DNA of 64,000 nucleotides from Bacteroidales bacterium. Its GTDB lineage: Bacteria; Bacteroidota; Bacteroidia; Bacteroidales; P3. The notes below the pieces were generated by a model. The model searched no databases. It saw only the letters and a program-made list of their open reading frames with translations, and was not told the DNA's origin. The stretch lies in assembly GCA_031262295.1 (NCBI GenBank), contig JAISIA010000024.1, positions 10,659 through 74,658 on the forward strand, given 5' to 3'. Shown piece after piece: positions 38,098 through 47,883 of the stretch. A program made the position numbers and the translations under genes. The number at the start of each line of letters is the position of its first letter. Positions within the stretch are counted from its first letter, which is position 1.

Positions 38098-40944
38098 TTA
38101 TTTTTTTATTGCCTGATAAATTATATCGTGGATATTTGTTCTAATATTTTCCTTTGCAAGACGATTTTCCTTTGCCGAAGGATACACTCTATTGGATAGG
38201 AAAATTAAAGACACTTTTTCCTTTTCATCTATCCAGAAAAATGTTCCTGTAAAACCTGTGTGACCATAACTTTTTTGAGAAGAATATTGTGAAGAAGGAG
38301 AATTATTATTTTTAGGATTCATTACGGGTTTATCAAATCCCAAAACCCTACGATTATTCTTAAAATATCTTGTATTGAATGTGTTTATTGTACTTTGGCT
38401 TATATAACGTTTTCCATTATAAGCACCATTATTAATTAGCATCTTTAATATTATTGCCAAATCATCGCAAGAAGAAAACAAGCCTGCGTGTCCTGCAACT
38501 CCATCCATAATATATGCAGTAGGGTCATGAACTTTTCCTAATATTAATTCATTTCTAAAATAGTCATCTCTTTCTGTTGGAGCGATGTTTTCTATGTTTT
38601 CTTCATCATTATCCAAAGGATTAAAACAAGTATTTTTTAATCCCAAAGGCTTATAGAAGTTTTCTTCTACATATTCATTCAATGGCATAGAAGATAATCT
38701 TTCAATTAAGTCGCCCAAAAGAATAAATCCTAAATCGGAATAAACATAGTTTTTTGTTTTATTTAACTTACTCTTAGCAATAGCTTTTAATATATCTTTC
38801 TTGTCTTTTATCTTTTCGTCATTATAAAAAGGTAGTGATGCCTTTAATCCTGAATTATGAGCCAAAACTTCTCTTATTGTTATTTTTCTTTTGTTTGTGA
38901 ATCTTAAATAAGGAAGGTATTTTGAAAGTCTATCATCCAAGTTATATTTTTTTTCATCGTATAGCCTCATCATTGCAAGGTTGGTTGCAAGTGCTTTTGT
39001 TATTGAAGCCAAATCATATATTGTATTGTCATCAACTCTTTTTATTGAATCGTAAGTAAAAAAGCCATATTGTTGTTTATATACAATATTTGTATCATAG
39101 AGAACTATTATTTGACATCCTGGATAAGCCTTTTTTATTATTCCATAATTGGCAATAGAATCTATTTTTTTTATATTTTCAAGTGAAATCTTCCCTTTGG
39201 AATATTTAACCCAATGCATAATATGTTCATCGTATGATAGAGCATAGTTTAAAGGCATGGTATCTGAGGCTGTTATTGGCAACATTCCTTTTGGATTAAT
39301 TTGTCCAAATATACTTTTTGCTAATGCTATTTCAAGGAATTTATCCTTTTGGTATCCAATTAATATTGTCTTTATGTTTTTTAGTGAGTCAATAAATTTT
39401 AAACTATATGGATTTGCAAAAAGAGCAAGGGATGTATTATTATATCTTTCTTGTATATTATAAAGGTCTTTTAATGCTTTATTGCTTATTCCATAATTAT
39501 GTTTTTCTGTTCTTTTTATATTTCCTGCAAGTATTGTAATAATATGAGTAAAGTTATTTAATGTATCTAAAACCAAACTATCCTTATCTGATATATTATA
39601 TGTTGTAGTTGTTTTATTATACATTTTAACTATTGAATCAAAGTCAGAAGAAAGGGCATTATCTCCCAGATGTACAATAGCTATTGAACAATTTGTAGTA
39701 TCGTATATTGGAAAATTATTTTCTTTGTTTTTAACTAAGGTTATGATTTCTTTGGAAAAAAGTTCATTTATTTTATTAGCTTCATCTATTATTTCTTCAC
39801 TTGGTAATTGTAGTTCTATATTATTTAACGTATCAAATAAACCCAAATCATATTTTGCTTGTAGGACTTTTCTACACTTTTCATCTATTTCAATTGGGCT
39901 TATTCTTCCCTCTTCTATTGCTTTTATTATTGCCTCAACAGCCTTATATTCATTTTTAGGCATAAGAAGTATATCAACTCCTGCCATAAGAGCTTTTACT
40001 TCTGCTTCTCCATCTTTATAGGTATTTGTAACACCTTTCATATTTAAGGCATCAGTTACAACTAATCCTTCAAAACAAAGTTCATTTTTTAAATAATCAG
40101 TAATCGCTTCATCGCTTAAAGAGGCAGGAGTTAGGGAATCTTTTATTAGAGTAGGGATATTAATATGTCCAACCATAACCATCTTTACTCCTTTATCTAT
40201 TGCATAACGGAAGGGGTAGGAATCTATGCTATCAATAAATTCTTTGCTATGATTAATTATTGGTAAGGAATAATGAGAATCGGTTTGTGTGTCTCCGTGA
40301 CCGGGAAAATGCTTAACCGAAGGTAGGACTTTACCATCTTGTAATCCCTTTGCATAAGCCCAACCTAAATACGCAACCTTATCTTTGTCTTCTCCAAAGG
40401 AACGAGAACCAATTATTGGATTTTTATAATTTAGATTAATATCTACACTTGGAGCAAAGTTTATATTTAATCCTAAACTTCGCAATTGCTTAGCCAAGTT
40501 TAAGCCCATTTTATAGACTAAATTACTATCGGAAGAAGCTCCTAAGGAGAGTTGATGATAAAAAGAAAAACCATCCTCCATTCTCATTTCTAATCCCCAT
40601 TCAGCATCTATTCCGAAAAACAAAGGGACTTTTGCTAAGGAAGAATATTTTTCATTTAGTTTTATAAGTGTTTTTTCATTTCCCTTAAAAAAACAAACGC
40701 CTCCCACTTTTAGACTATCTATCATAGTAGAAATTTTATCTACATATAATGAATCATCCTTTGTGTCGGAGGCTATAATTATTAGTTGTCCTATCTTTTC
40801 TCTTAGAGAAAGACAAGATAATATGCTATAAACTATACTATCTCTTTTGTGAAAATTGTCTTTAAATTGTGTCTCTTGTGAAAATAAATTGCCAAAGATT
40901 AGAAATATGGCTGTAAGAAATAGTATATTTGATTTAATTTTCAT
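38098..40944 (-). CDS. fusion protein: GH3 beta-N-acetylhexosaminidase domain + serine beta-lactamase/PBP-like hydrolase domain
   Basis: Start trimmed to MKIKSNILF (complement 40942-40944). GH3 motif KHFPGHGDT. C-terminal half has SxxK (ASITKAL) and YSDLGF motifs. Confidence 0.8.
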   Translation of the reverse strand: MKIKSNILFLTAIFLIFGNLFSQETQFKDNFHKRDSIVYSILSCLSLREKIGQLIIIASDTKDDSLYVDKISTMIDSLKVGGVCFFKGNEKTLIKLNEKYSSLAKVPLFFGIDAEWGLEMRMEDGFSFYHQLSLGASSDSNLVYKMGLNLAKQLRSLGLNINFAPSVDINLNYKNPIIGSRSFGEDKDKVAYLGWAYAKGLQDGKVLPSVKHFPGHGDTQTDSHYSLPIINHSKEFIDSIDSYPFRYAIDKGVKMVMVGHINIPTLIKDSLTPASLSDEAITDYLKNELCFEGLVVTDALNMKGVTNTYKDGEAEVKALMAGVDILLMPKNEYKAVEAIIKAIEEGRISPIEIDEKCRKVLQAKYDLGLFDTLNNIELQLPSEEIIDEANKINELFSKEIITLVKNKENNFPIYDTTNCSIAIVHLGDNALSSDFDSIVKMYNKTTTTYNISDKDSLVLDTLNNFTHIITILAGNIKRTEKHNYGISNKALKDLYNIQERYNNTSLALFANPYSLKFIDSLKNIKTILIGYQKDKFLEIALAKSIFGQINPKGMLPITASDTMPLNYALSYDEHIMHWVKYSKGKISLENIKKIDSIANYGIIKKAYPGCQIIVLYDTNIVYKQQYGFFTYDSIKRVDDNTIYDLASITKALATNLAMMRLYDEKKYNLDDRLSKYLPYLRFTNKRKITIREVLAHNSGLKASLPFYNDEKIKDKKDILKAIAKSKLNKTKNYVYSDLGFILLGDLIERLSSMPLNEYVEENFYKPLGLKNTCFNPLDNDEENIENIAPTERDDYFRNELILGKVHDPTAYIMDGVAGHAGLFSSCDDLAIILKMLINNGAYNGKRYISQSTINTFNTRYFKNNRRVLGFDKPVMNPKNNNSPSSQYSSQKSYGHTGFTGTFFWIDEKEKVSLIFLSNRVYPSAKENRLAKENIRTNIHDIIYQAIKK

Positions 40945-41021
40945 AGCACAAAAATAAAAAAAAGTCGTCAAGTAAAACTTAACGACCTTTATTTTTTCTT
41001 AATAATAAGTTTCTTTTCTTA

Positions 41022-41474
41022 TTAATTTAAGCATTTTTTCACATTAAACAATGCATCTTTTACTCTCTTTTCGTAAGTAGGGTTATTCAAACATTGTTTT
41101 ACTGCATTTTGTTTAGCATCACTTTGATTTTTTAAATCAACATAATCTTTAAAGCCTTTTGCTCCATTACCTTTTTGAGCATAAGCATTACTTAATTTAT
41201 AAGCATAAGCTTCAAAGTCTGCAACTATTTTTTCGCAAGGATCAACTTCTTGTTTAGCCTTAGTTGTTTCTTGCTTTGCAGCAGGAGTTGTAGCCTTAGT
41301 TGTAGTTGTTGTTTTTGGAGCTTCAGCTTTTGGCTCTTCAACAGGAACTTCTTCCACTGCTACTACTTCTTCAATTTCTGTTGCAGTTGGAGTTTCAACA
41401 ACTGCTTCTTTTTTTGCACAAGCAGCAACAAATGCTACCATTGCAACTGCTAATAATAGGTTTCTTACCTTCAT
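41022..41474 (-). CDS. lipoprotein with low-complexity E/V/T/K linker
   Basis: 150 aa. Lipobox VAACAK. A TACCTTTG box lies on the minus strand at 41519-41526. Confidence 0.55.
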   Translation of the reverse strand: MKVRNLLLAVAMVAFVAACAKKEAVVETPTATEIEEVVAVEEVPVEEPKAEAPKTTTTTKATTPAAKQETTKAKQEVDPCEKIVADFEAYAYKLSNAYAQKGNGAKGFKDYVDLKNQSDAKQNAVKQCLNNPTYEKRVKDALFNVKKCLN

Positions 41475-41715
41475 AAATTTTTGTTTTTTTATTGTTATAT
41501 TAATCTACTTTAACGCTGCAAAGGTATAAATAAAATTACACCTAAAAGGTAATAAATATGTATTTTTATTTTATTTTTCACAATACAATATCTGTTTATC
41601 AAATAATTAAATAGATGAAAAACAAATACAATATAACTTTATATCTTTTTGCAGAAAGAAAAAACTTGCTTATAGAGGTTTTGAAATATAATTTATATTT
41701 TTTCGTTTTAATTTG

Positions 41716-41723
41716 TATCTTTG
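41716..41723 (+). promoter_or_regulatory. -7 box upstream of the M6 protease gene
   Basis: TATCTTTG, 85 nt before ATG 41809. Confidence 0.4.
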
Positions 41724-41808
41724 CCGACTTATTTTGCCTATTTAAGGTGAATACTTATGGTGAATTTAATTTATAAATAATTTTTTAAACATTAATAAAA
41801 TTGATAAT

Positions 41809-44736
41809 ATGACAAAAAAATTGTCCCTAATAGTAATGCTGCTTTTCTTTGCAGTTAATGTTTTTGCTGTACCTGCAAATCCAAAAGCTTTTACAATAAA
41901 ACAAAAAGATGGAAGAAGTTTAACAATAAAACTTAGAGGTGATGAAAAAGTAAATTGGGGAGAGACATTAGATAAATACACTATTATACACAATAATGAA
42001 GGAGTATGGGTTTATGCTATTTTAGATAAGGAAGGAGACTTAATCCCTTCAAGTTTTATTGCAGTAAATGAAAAAGAGAGAACAAAACAAGAAAAAGAAT
42101 TTCTTAGAACCCTACCATTTAATTTAAGATACTCTTCAAAGCAGATAAAAGAAAAAAGAGAGGCTTTTACAAAAAGTAGTTTTTCTCATAAGGCAACAAC
42201 AATAGGAACAGTTCATCAAGTTGTTATATTAGTTGCTTTTTCAAATAAGAGCTTTACTTTCCCTGCAAGTAATTTTGATAATATGTGCAATGAAATTGGT
42301 TATAGCTATAATGGAGCAACAGGAAGTGTTAAGGACTATTATAGGGATAACTCAAATGGACTAATGAATATGGAGATTGATGTTTTGGGACCTTACACCC
42401 TATCTAATACTTCTGCTTATTATGCAGACTATAGTCACATGTATCAATTTGTATCCGAAGCCTTAACTCTTGCAGATAATGATATTGACTTTACAGATTA
42501 TTTAAATGGTAATAATAATGTAGGTAATGTTCATTTTGTATTTGCAGGACAAGCACAATCAACAACAGGAGACCCAACGGAAATATGGCCTCACGAATCC
42601 TATGTTCCAAATTCAATAGTAAAAGACGGAGTTCATTTTTCAACATATTCTTGTTCTTCTGAAAAGAAAACAGCAACAACATTAGCAAGTATAGGTACTA
42701 TGTGTCATGAGATGGGACATTCATTAGGACTTATGGACCTTTATGACACCGACTATGAAGAAAATGGTCAAGCAAACGACCCTTCGGTTTGGGATGTTAT
42801 GGCAGGAGGAAACTATAATAATGATGGAAATACTCCTCCTTATTTGAATGGTTGGGAAAGAAGTATATTAAATTGGACAGACAATGTTGTTTTAAGTCAA
42901 GAGAGTTTAGTTTATGCTCCTGCTATGGGAGATTCTCTTGTTTCCTATCAAGTAGATTTGGACAATAATGAATACTATCTAATAGAAAATAGGACAAGAA
43001 AAGGATGGGATAGTTTCCTTCCGGGTGATGGATTATTAATCTTTCATGCAGATAAAAGACAATTGGAAGGAACAACCGACTTCTACTACAATCAAATTAA
43101 TGCTAACCCCAATAATATGGGTTTTTTCATAGAAGTATCAACAGGAGTACCTTCTCAAACAACAACAGCATACGCTCCATTTGTTGGAGCAAGTAATCAA
43201 GATTATTTTACAAGCAATTCAACCCCTTCAACACATAAAAAAGACGGGACAATAGTTAATAAACCTCTTACTCACATGCATTATACTAATGACTCTGTCA
43301 TCTCTTTTCGTTACCTTTCTTCACTTGCACAAGTAAAAACTATGGGCATCGTTGCAGGAACAATACGTGGAACAACAGCTGATGTAAATGGATTAATTGC
43401 ATACGAAGGTACAGGAAATATTATTGAAAAGGGAATGTATTGGGATTTGGATGCAAGCCTTGTTGGTGTTAATTCAAACAAAAACATATCTACTTCAAAT
43501 AACGATTCAATTAAAACAACCCTCACTAATCTTCCAACAAGTACAACCATACATTATAGAGCATACGCAATAACAGAAACCGACACATCTTTGGCAAGTC
43601 AAATTATGTCTTTTACAACAACCGATGGACTCCCTACTGTTTTAACTTCAAATGTTAATAGTATAGGAAATAATCAAGCAACATTTAATGGTTCATTAGT
43701 AAATTTAGGTGATGGTAATTTTATTGAAAAAGGATTTGTCTATTCCAATGATCCTTCTTCAATGCCAACAATAGAAGATAATAAATTAGTTGTTCCCTAT
43801 TCAACTCAAACAGGAGCTTTTTCTGCAACTGCAACATCCCTAAACGAACAAACCACTTATGCTGTTAGAGCTTTTGCAACAAATAACTTCGGAACAAAAT
43901 ACGGAACAAGAAAAATATTCACAACAACATTCCCAGAGATAGAAAACAATACCATATCTTCAAATCAAACATTTTGTCAAGGAGGAACACCTGAACAATT
44001 AGTGGGACAAGCACCAAGCGGAGCATACGGCAATTTTACTTATAAATGGGAACAAAAGGTTAGAAATAATGCTTGGGAAGAAGCAACCCAAACAAACAAC
44101 ACTAAGGACTATGAACCAGAATATCTAACAGATTCTACTTTCTATCGTAGAATAGTTTTTTCTCAAAACATAAAAGATACATCCAATGTAATACTAATAA
44201 ATATACAAAACTCTTGGGGAGGTTATGTTTCTATGCCAAAAGATACAATATTTACAGGTTCTTCAACAGGAACAATAAGACTTTTATCCTATGTTGGAAC
44301 AATAAAAAATTGGGAAAGGAAAAAAGATGAAGGAGAATGGGAAAACATTTCTCGCACAACAAGCTCCTTTTCCCAAACCTTAGAAGAAGAAGGTCTATAT
44401 TCTTATAGAGTAAAAATACAAGCGGGAACCTGTCCTGAGGCTTATTCACAAGAAGGAACAATATATGCAGCAGTTAATTCATTAGAAAAAGTAATAGATG
44501 ATGAAAATATAAAAATATATCCAATTCCAACAAAAGATGTTCTTAATATAAGTTCTTCTTATAAATACCCAACACAAATAAGTATAATAAATTCCTTAGG
44601 TATTATCATAAAGGAAGAAACAACAAGAATTGATAATAAGGCTTTGGATGTATCAAATTTAAAAAGCGGAGTATATACTCTTATAATAAATTTGAATGAT
44701 AAACCTTTCAAAAAAACATTTGTTATAAATAAATAA
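41809..44736 (+). CDS. M6-family (immune inhibitor A-like) metalloprotease with T9SS sorting domain
   Basis: 975 aa with a signal peptide. Zinc motif HEMGHSLGLMDLYD. C-terminal IKIYPIPTKDVLNISS...KKTFVINK is a T9SS sorting domain. Confidence 0.8.
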   Translation: MTKKLSLIVMLLFFAVNVFAVPANPKAFTIKQKDGRSLTIKLRGDEKVNWGETLDKYTIIHNNEGVWVYAILDKEGDLIPSSFIAVNEKERTKQEKEFLRTLPFNLRYSSKQIKEKREAFTKSSFSHKATTIGTVHQVVILVAFSNKSFTFPASNFDNMCNEIGYSYNGATGSVKDYYRDNSNGLMNMEIDVLGPYTLSNTSAYYADYSHMYQFVSEALTLADNDIDFTDYLNGNNNVGNVHFVFAGQAQSTTGDPTEIWPHESYVPNSIVKDGVHFSTYSCSSEKKTATTLASIGTMCHEMGHSLGLMDLYDTDYEENGQANDPSVWDVMAGGNYNNDGNTPPYLNGWERSILNWTDNVVLSQESLVYAPAMGDSLVSYQVDLDNNEYYLIENRTRKGWDSFLPGDGLLIFHADKRQLEGTTDFYYNQINANPNNMGFFIEVSTGVPSQTTTAYAPFVGASNQDYFTSNSTPSTHKKDGTIVNKPLTHMHYTNDSVISFRYLSSLAQVKTMGIVAGTIRGTTADVNGLIAYEGTGNIIEKGMYWDLDASLVGVNSNKNISTSNNDSIKTTLTNLPTSTTIHYRAYAITETDTSLASQIMSFTTTDGLPTVLTSNVNSIGNNQATFNGSLVNLGDGNFIEKGFVYSNDPSSMPTIEDNKLVVPYSTQTGAFSATATSLNEQTTYAVRAFATNNFGTKYGTRKIFTTTFPEIENNTISSNQTFCQGGTPEQLVGQAPSGAYGNFTYKWEQKVRNNAWEEATQTNNTKDYEPEYLTDSTFYRRIVFSQNIKDTSNVILINIQNSWGGYVSMPKDTIFTGSSTGTIRLLSYVGTIKNWERKKDEGEWENISRTTSSFSQTLEEEGLYSYRVKIQAGTCPEAYSQEGTIYAAVNSLEKVIDDENIKIYPIPTKDVLNISSSYKYPTQISIINSLGIIIKEETTRIDNKALDVSNLKSGVYTLIINLNDKPFKKTFVINK

Positions 44737-44757
44737 GAATAAAAAAAACTTTATAAT

Positions 44758-45141
44758 ATGAACAAGGTAATAAATACTGATAAGGCACCAAAAGCAATAG
44801 GACCTTATAGCCAAGCAATATTGGCAGAAAATGGAATGTTATTTATTTCAGGACAAATCCCTGTATGTCCTCAAACAGGAAAAGTTCCAGAAGGAATCAA
44901 AGAACAAACAACACAGGTTTTTGAAAACATAAAAGCAATATTAGAAGAGGCTGGTTATAGCTTTAAAGATGTTGTAAAAACAACTTGTTTATTAAATTCT
45001 ATGGACGACTTTGCAGCTATGAACGAAGTGTATGCAAAGTACTATAATGAATTTCTTCCTGCAAGAGCTGCTTATAGCGTTGAAAAACTTCCTATGGGAG
45101 TATTAGTTGAAATAGAAACTATTGCTTATAAGGCTAAATAA
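44758..45141 (+). CDS. ridA: RidA family reactive-intermediate deaminase
   Basis: 127 aa. Motifs [17 protein letters not shown] and [20 protein letters not shown]. Confidence 0.9.
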   Translation: MNKVINTDKAPKAIGPYSQAILAENGMLFISGQIPVCPQTGKVPEGIKEQTTQVFENIKAILEEAGYSFKDVVKTTCLLNSMDDFAAMNEVYAKYYNEFLPARAAYSVEKLPMGVLVEIETIAYKAK

Positions 45142-45156
45142 AAAAAATAGAATCTA

Positions 45157-45753
45157 TTGGAAAAGGTAGGACTATTTTTTGGCAGCTTTAATCCAATCCA
45201 TAAAGGACATACTTTTTTAGCAAAACAAATATTAGAGAAAGCAAACCTCAACAAGGTATGGTTTGTTGTTTCTCCACAAAATCCTTTAAAGGAAAACACT
45301 GAACTTTTGGACGAAAAGACAAGACTGCTATTAGTTCGTTTAGCAATAAAGAATGAAAAAAACTTTGTTGCCTCTGATGTGGAATTTCATTTAAATAAGC
45401 CCTCCTACACAATAAACACCTTAGACTTCCTAAAAGAAAAATATCCCAATAAATTATTCTCAATAATAATGGGAATGGATAATTTTGATAATTTTCATCT
45501 GTGGAAAAACTATCAAGAAATATTGAACAATTATACAATATATATATATCCAAGAAAAGAACAAGACAATGAAGAAAACAATAATAAAGAAAATTTAATT
45601 GGGAAAAATATAGTCTTTTTTTCTTTTCCATTACTAAACATTTCCTCTACCATTATAAGAGAGAAATTACGTAATAAAGAAAGTATAGAAAACTATGTTG
45701 AAAAGGAAGTAAAAGAGAAAATAGAAAAAAATAATCTTTATTGTAACTCTTAA
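45157..45753 (+). CDS. nadD: nicotinate-nucleotide adenylyltransferase
   Basis: 198 aa with a TTG start (45157-45159). Motifs GSFNPIHKGH and ISSTIIRE. Confidence 0.85.
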   Translation: MEKVGLFFGSFNPIHKGHTFLAKQILEKANLNKVWFVVSPQNPLKENTELLDEKTRLLLVRLAIKNEKNFVASDVEFHLNKPSYTINTLDFLKEKYPNKLFSIIMGMDNFDNFHLWKNYQEILNNYTIYIYPRKEQDNEENNNKENLIGKNIVFFSFPLLNISSTIIREKLRNKESIENYVEKEVKEKIEKNNLYCNS

Positions 45754-45812
45754 AAATATTTTGCGTAATAGTGTGCAGTTTTTTTAATAATTAAAAAAGG
45801 TTAATTATATAG

Positions 45813-46676
45813 ATGAGACAATTAAAAATTATCAAGCAGCTTACCAATAGAGAAATTACCTCTTTGGATAAATACCTTCAAGAGATAGGTCGTTTGGAAA
45901 TGATTTCTCCCGAAGAAGAAGTTATTTTAGCACAAAAAATAAAACAAGGAGACCAAGCAGCATTAGATCGTTTGGCAACAGCAAACCTAAGATTTGTTGT
46001 ATCTGTTGCAAAGCAATATCAAAATCAAGGTATGTCCCTTCCTGATTTAATCAATGAAGGTAACTTGGGATTAATAAAAGCAGCACAACGTTTTGATGAA
46101 ACAAGAGGATTTAAGTTCATCTCCTATGCAGTTTGGTGGATACGTCAATCAATTCTTCAGGCTTTAGCAGAACAAAGTCGTATAGTAAGACTACCCTTAA
46201 ATAAGATAGGCTCACTAAATAAGATAAATAAAACTTATGCTAAGTTGGAACAGAAGTTTGAAAGACAACCCAACCCTGAGGAAGTTGCTTTTGAATTGAA
46301 TCTTTCCGAAAGCGAAGTGAGAGAAGCTGTACGCCATAGCGGAAAACATCTTTCTATGGATGCTCCTTTGGCAACAGATGAAGATAATACCATGTATGAC
46401 TTTATGCGTAGTGAAGAAAACACAACACCTGAGGCTGAACTTATGTACGAAAGTCTAAGAATGGAGATAAATAGAGCCATTTCTACCTTAACACAAAAAG
46501 AAGCTGACATACTAAAAATGTTCTTCGGATTGGAAGGTTATCCTCCTATGACTTTGGATGAAATAGGAGAACAATTTGATTTAACCCGAGAAAGAGTACG
46601 TCAAATTAAAGAAAAAGCAATACGCAGATTAAAACACACATCAAGAAGTAATATACTCAAAACTTATTTGGGATAA
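45813..46676 (+). CDS. rpoD: primary RNA polymerase sigma factor (Bacteroidetes sigma-A type)
   Basis: 287 aa. Regions 2-4 present ([41 protein letters not shown]). Confidence 0.9.
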   Translation: MRQLKIIKQLTNREITSLDKYLQEIGRLEMISPEEEVILAQKIKQGDQAALDRLATANLRFVVSVAKQYQNQGMSLPDLINEGNLGLIKAAQRFDETRGFKFISYAVWWIRQSILQALAEQSRIVRLPLNKIGSLNKINKTYAKLEQKFERQPNPEEVAFELNLSESEVREAVRHSGKHLSMDAPLATDEDNTMYDFMRSEENTTPEAELMYESLRMEINRAISTLTQKEADILKMFFGLEGYPPMTLDEIGEQFDLTRERVRQIKEKAIRRLKHTSRSNILKTYLG

Positions 46677-46712
46677 CTTATTTAAGATAAAGGTTAAATA
46701 TTAATAATTTTT

Positions 46713-46751
46713 AGCGACTAAGAACAAAAAAACGTTCTTAGTCGCTTTTTT
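46713..46751 (+). terminator. rho-independent terminator of rpoD
   Basis: 13-bp stem agcgactaagaac / gttcttagtcgct, 8-nt loop, then TTTTTT. The repeat copy F starts 2 nt later. Confidence 0.8.
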
Positions 46752-46752
46752 A

Positions 46753-47690
46753 GTCGGCAACCGACCTTTAATTTTCCTAACGGAAGTCTGGTTGTCAGCA
46801 ATTGACCTTTATTTTGTCTAATTCAATAGGGATAATCCGCAAAGAAAATTACATAAAATAACCAATAGCAAAGGGATTTATCCCCTTGTAAGCATTGTTT
46901 CTTTATATAAATTACCAATATTTGCGTATAATATTATTTTTACAATGGGATGAACCCCATTGTTTTGATATATGAAAAATGTAATTTCAAAAAATATTTA
47001 ACATTTTTCCCTTCAAATGTTAAATGCCGAAACTCCCAATTTGGAAAATGCCATTTGCATATATCAAATCTTTTTTGTACCTTTGCCAAAACAAAGTTTC
47101 TTTTAAGGGCAAGAAAGCTCTAATATTTCCAAATTTCATTTTCCTTTATATTTACAAAATAATCACTTTATTATTAGTGTGTTATCTTTAAATAAATCTT
47201 CGTTTTAGAAAATTAAAACGCTGTTTTAGAAAATTATTTCTTCGTTTTAGCAAATTAAAACAGCGTTTTATTTTGGAAAAATAAGGTTTTTGTTTTTTTA
47301 ATTAAAAATCTGAAAAATTATATTGAAATTTACTTATATTATATTGAGGATTACTTGATTACTAATTTTAGAAAATTTTAACAAATTTTGAAGCTCTAAA
47401 ATTGAGAAATTGAGTGAAATGTTAAAAATTCGTCAAATTTTGTGTTTTTTATGAGGAAGAAATGTTAAAATTTGGTGATTTTAGGGTTGGAAATGTTAAA
47501 ATCTTTTGAAAAAATAATATTTTAGATCTTTAATTTGTGGAGTTGATTGATAATTATTGTATTTACATAAAAATTATCCTTGTTTGTCGGCAACCGACCT
47601 TTATTCAGCTATTGGATTGAAAAAAATATAAGAAATTAAAACAAAGTTTTAGAAAAATAAAACAGCAACTTATTTTTTTATCTTGCTATT
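46753..47690. repeat. intergenic repeat locus F: full-length long composite copy, inverted relative to D
   Basis: Components in order: hairpin units 46753-46806, inverted repeat 46996-47025, promoter 47054-47085 (plus), four 21-bp repeats 47193-47276, GAAATGTTAAAA boxes at 47416, 47459 and 47489, hairpin 47586-47598, and degenerate 21-mers at about 47633-47680. Confidence 0.9.
47054..47085 (+). promoter_or_regulatory. Bacteroidetes sigma-A type promoter inside repeat copy F
   Basis: TTTG (47054-47057), 20-nt spacer, TACCTTTG (47078-47085). This matches the -33 TTTG / -7 TAnnTTTG consensus. It points toward the 21-bp array. Confidence 0.6.
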
Positions 47691-47842
47691 TTATTTTTTT
47701 TAAATGGGGTATTAACATAGAAAACAGCAACAAAACGTAAATCTAATCAAGATTTTGCGTAAAATATACATTTTTTTTAAGTTTTTTCAATAAAAAATAC
47801 ACTTTTCTTTGAATAAATTTATAAGTATCCAATTTTAATTAG

Positions 47843-47850
47843 TACCTTTG
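47843..47850 (+). promoter_or_regulatory. -7 box upstream of the EPS locus first gene
   Basis: TACCTTTG, 33 nt before ATG 47884. Confidence 0.45.
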
Positions 47851-47883
47851 CGGGTTGAATTTATTATGATAAACACTATTTAA

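Noticed and set aside
41701-41730. The M6 protease promoter region (ttcgttttaatttgtatctttgccgac) looks like fragments of the repeat family: a cgttttaattt 21-mer core, the element promoter box and ttgccgac.
   Set aside because: The shared strings are short (12 nt or less) and largely coincide with the generic promoter consensus. This is not enough to call an element-derived promoter.
16584-47690. Whether the repeat loci are remnants of a prophage, ICE or IS carrying the neighbouring genes.
   Set aside because: No integrase, transposase, relaxase or phage structural gene is present anywhere in the window. The flanking genes are conserved housekeeping genes on both sides of most loci.
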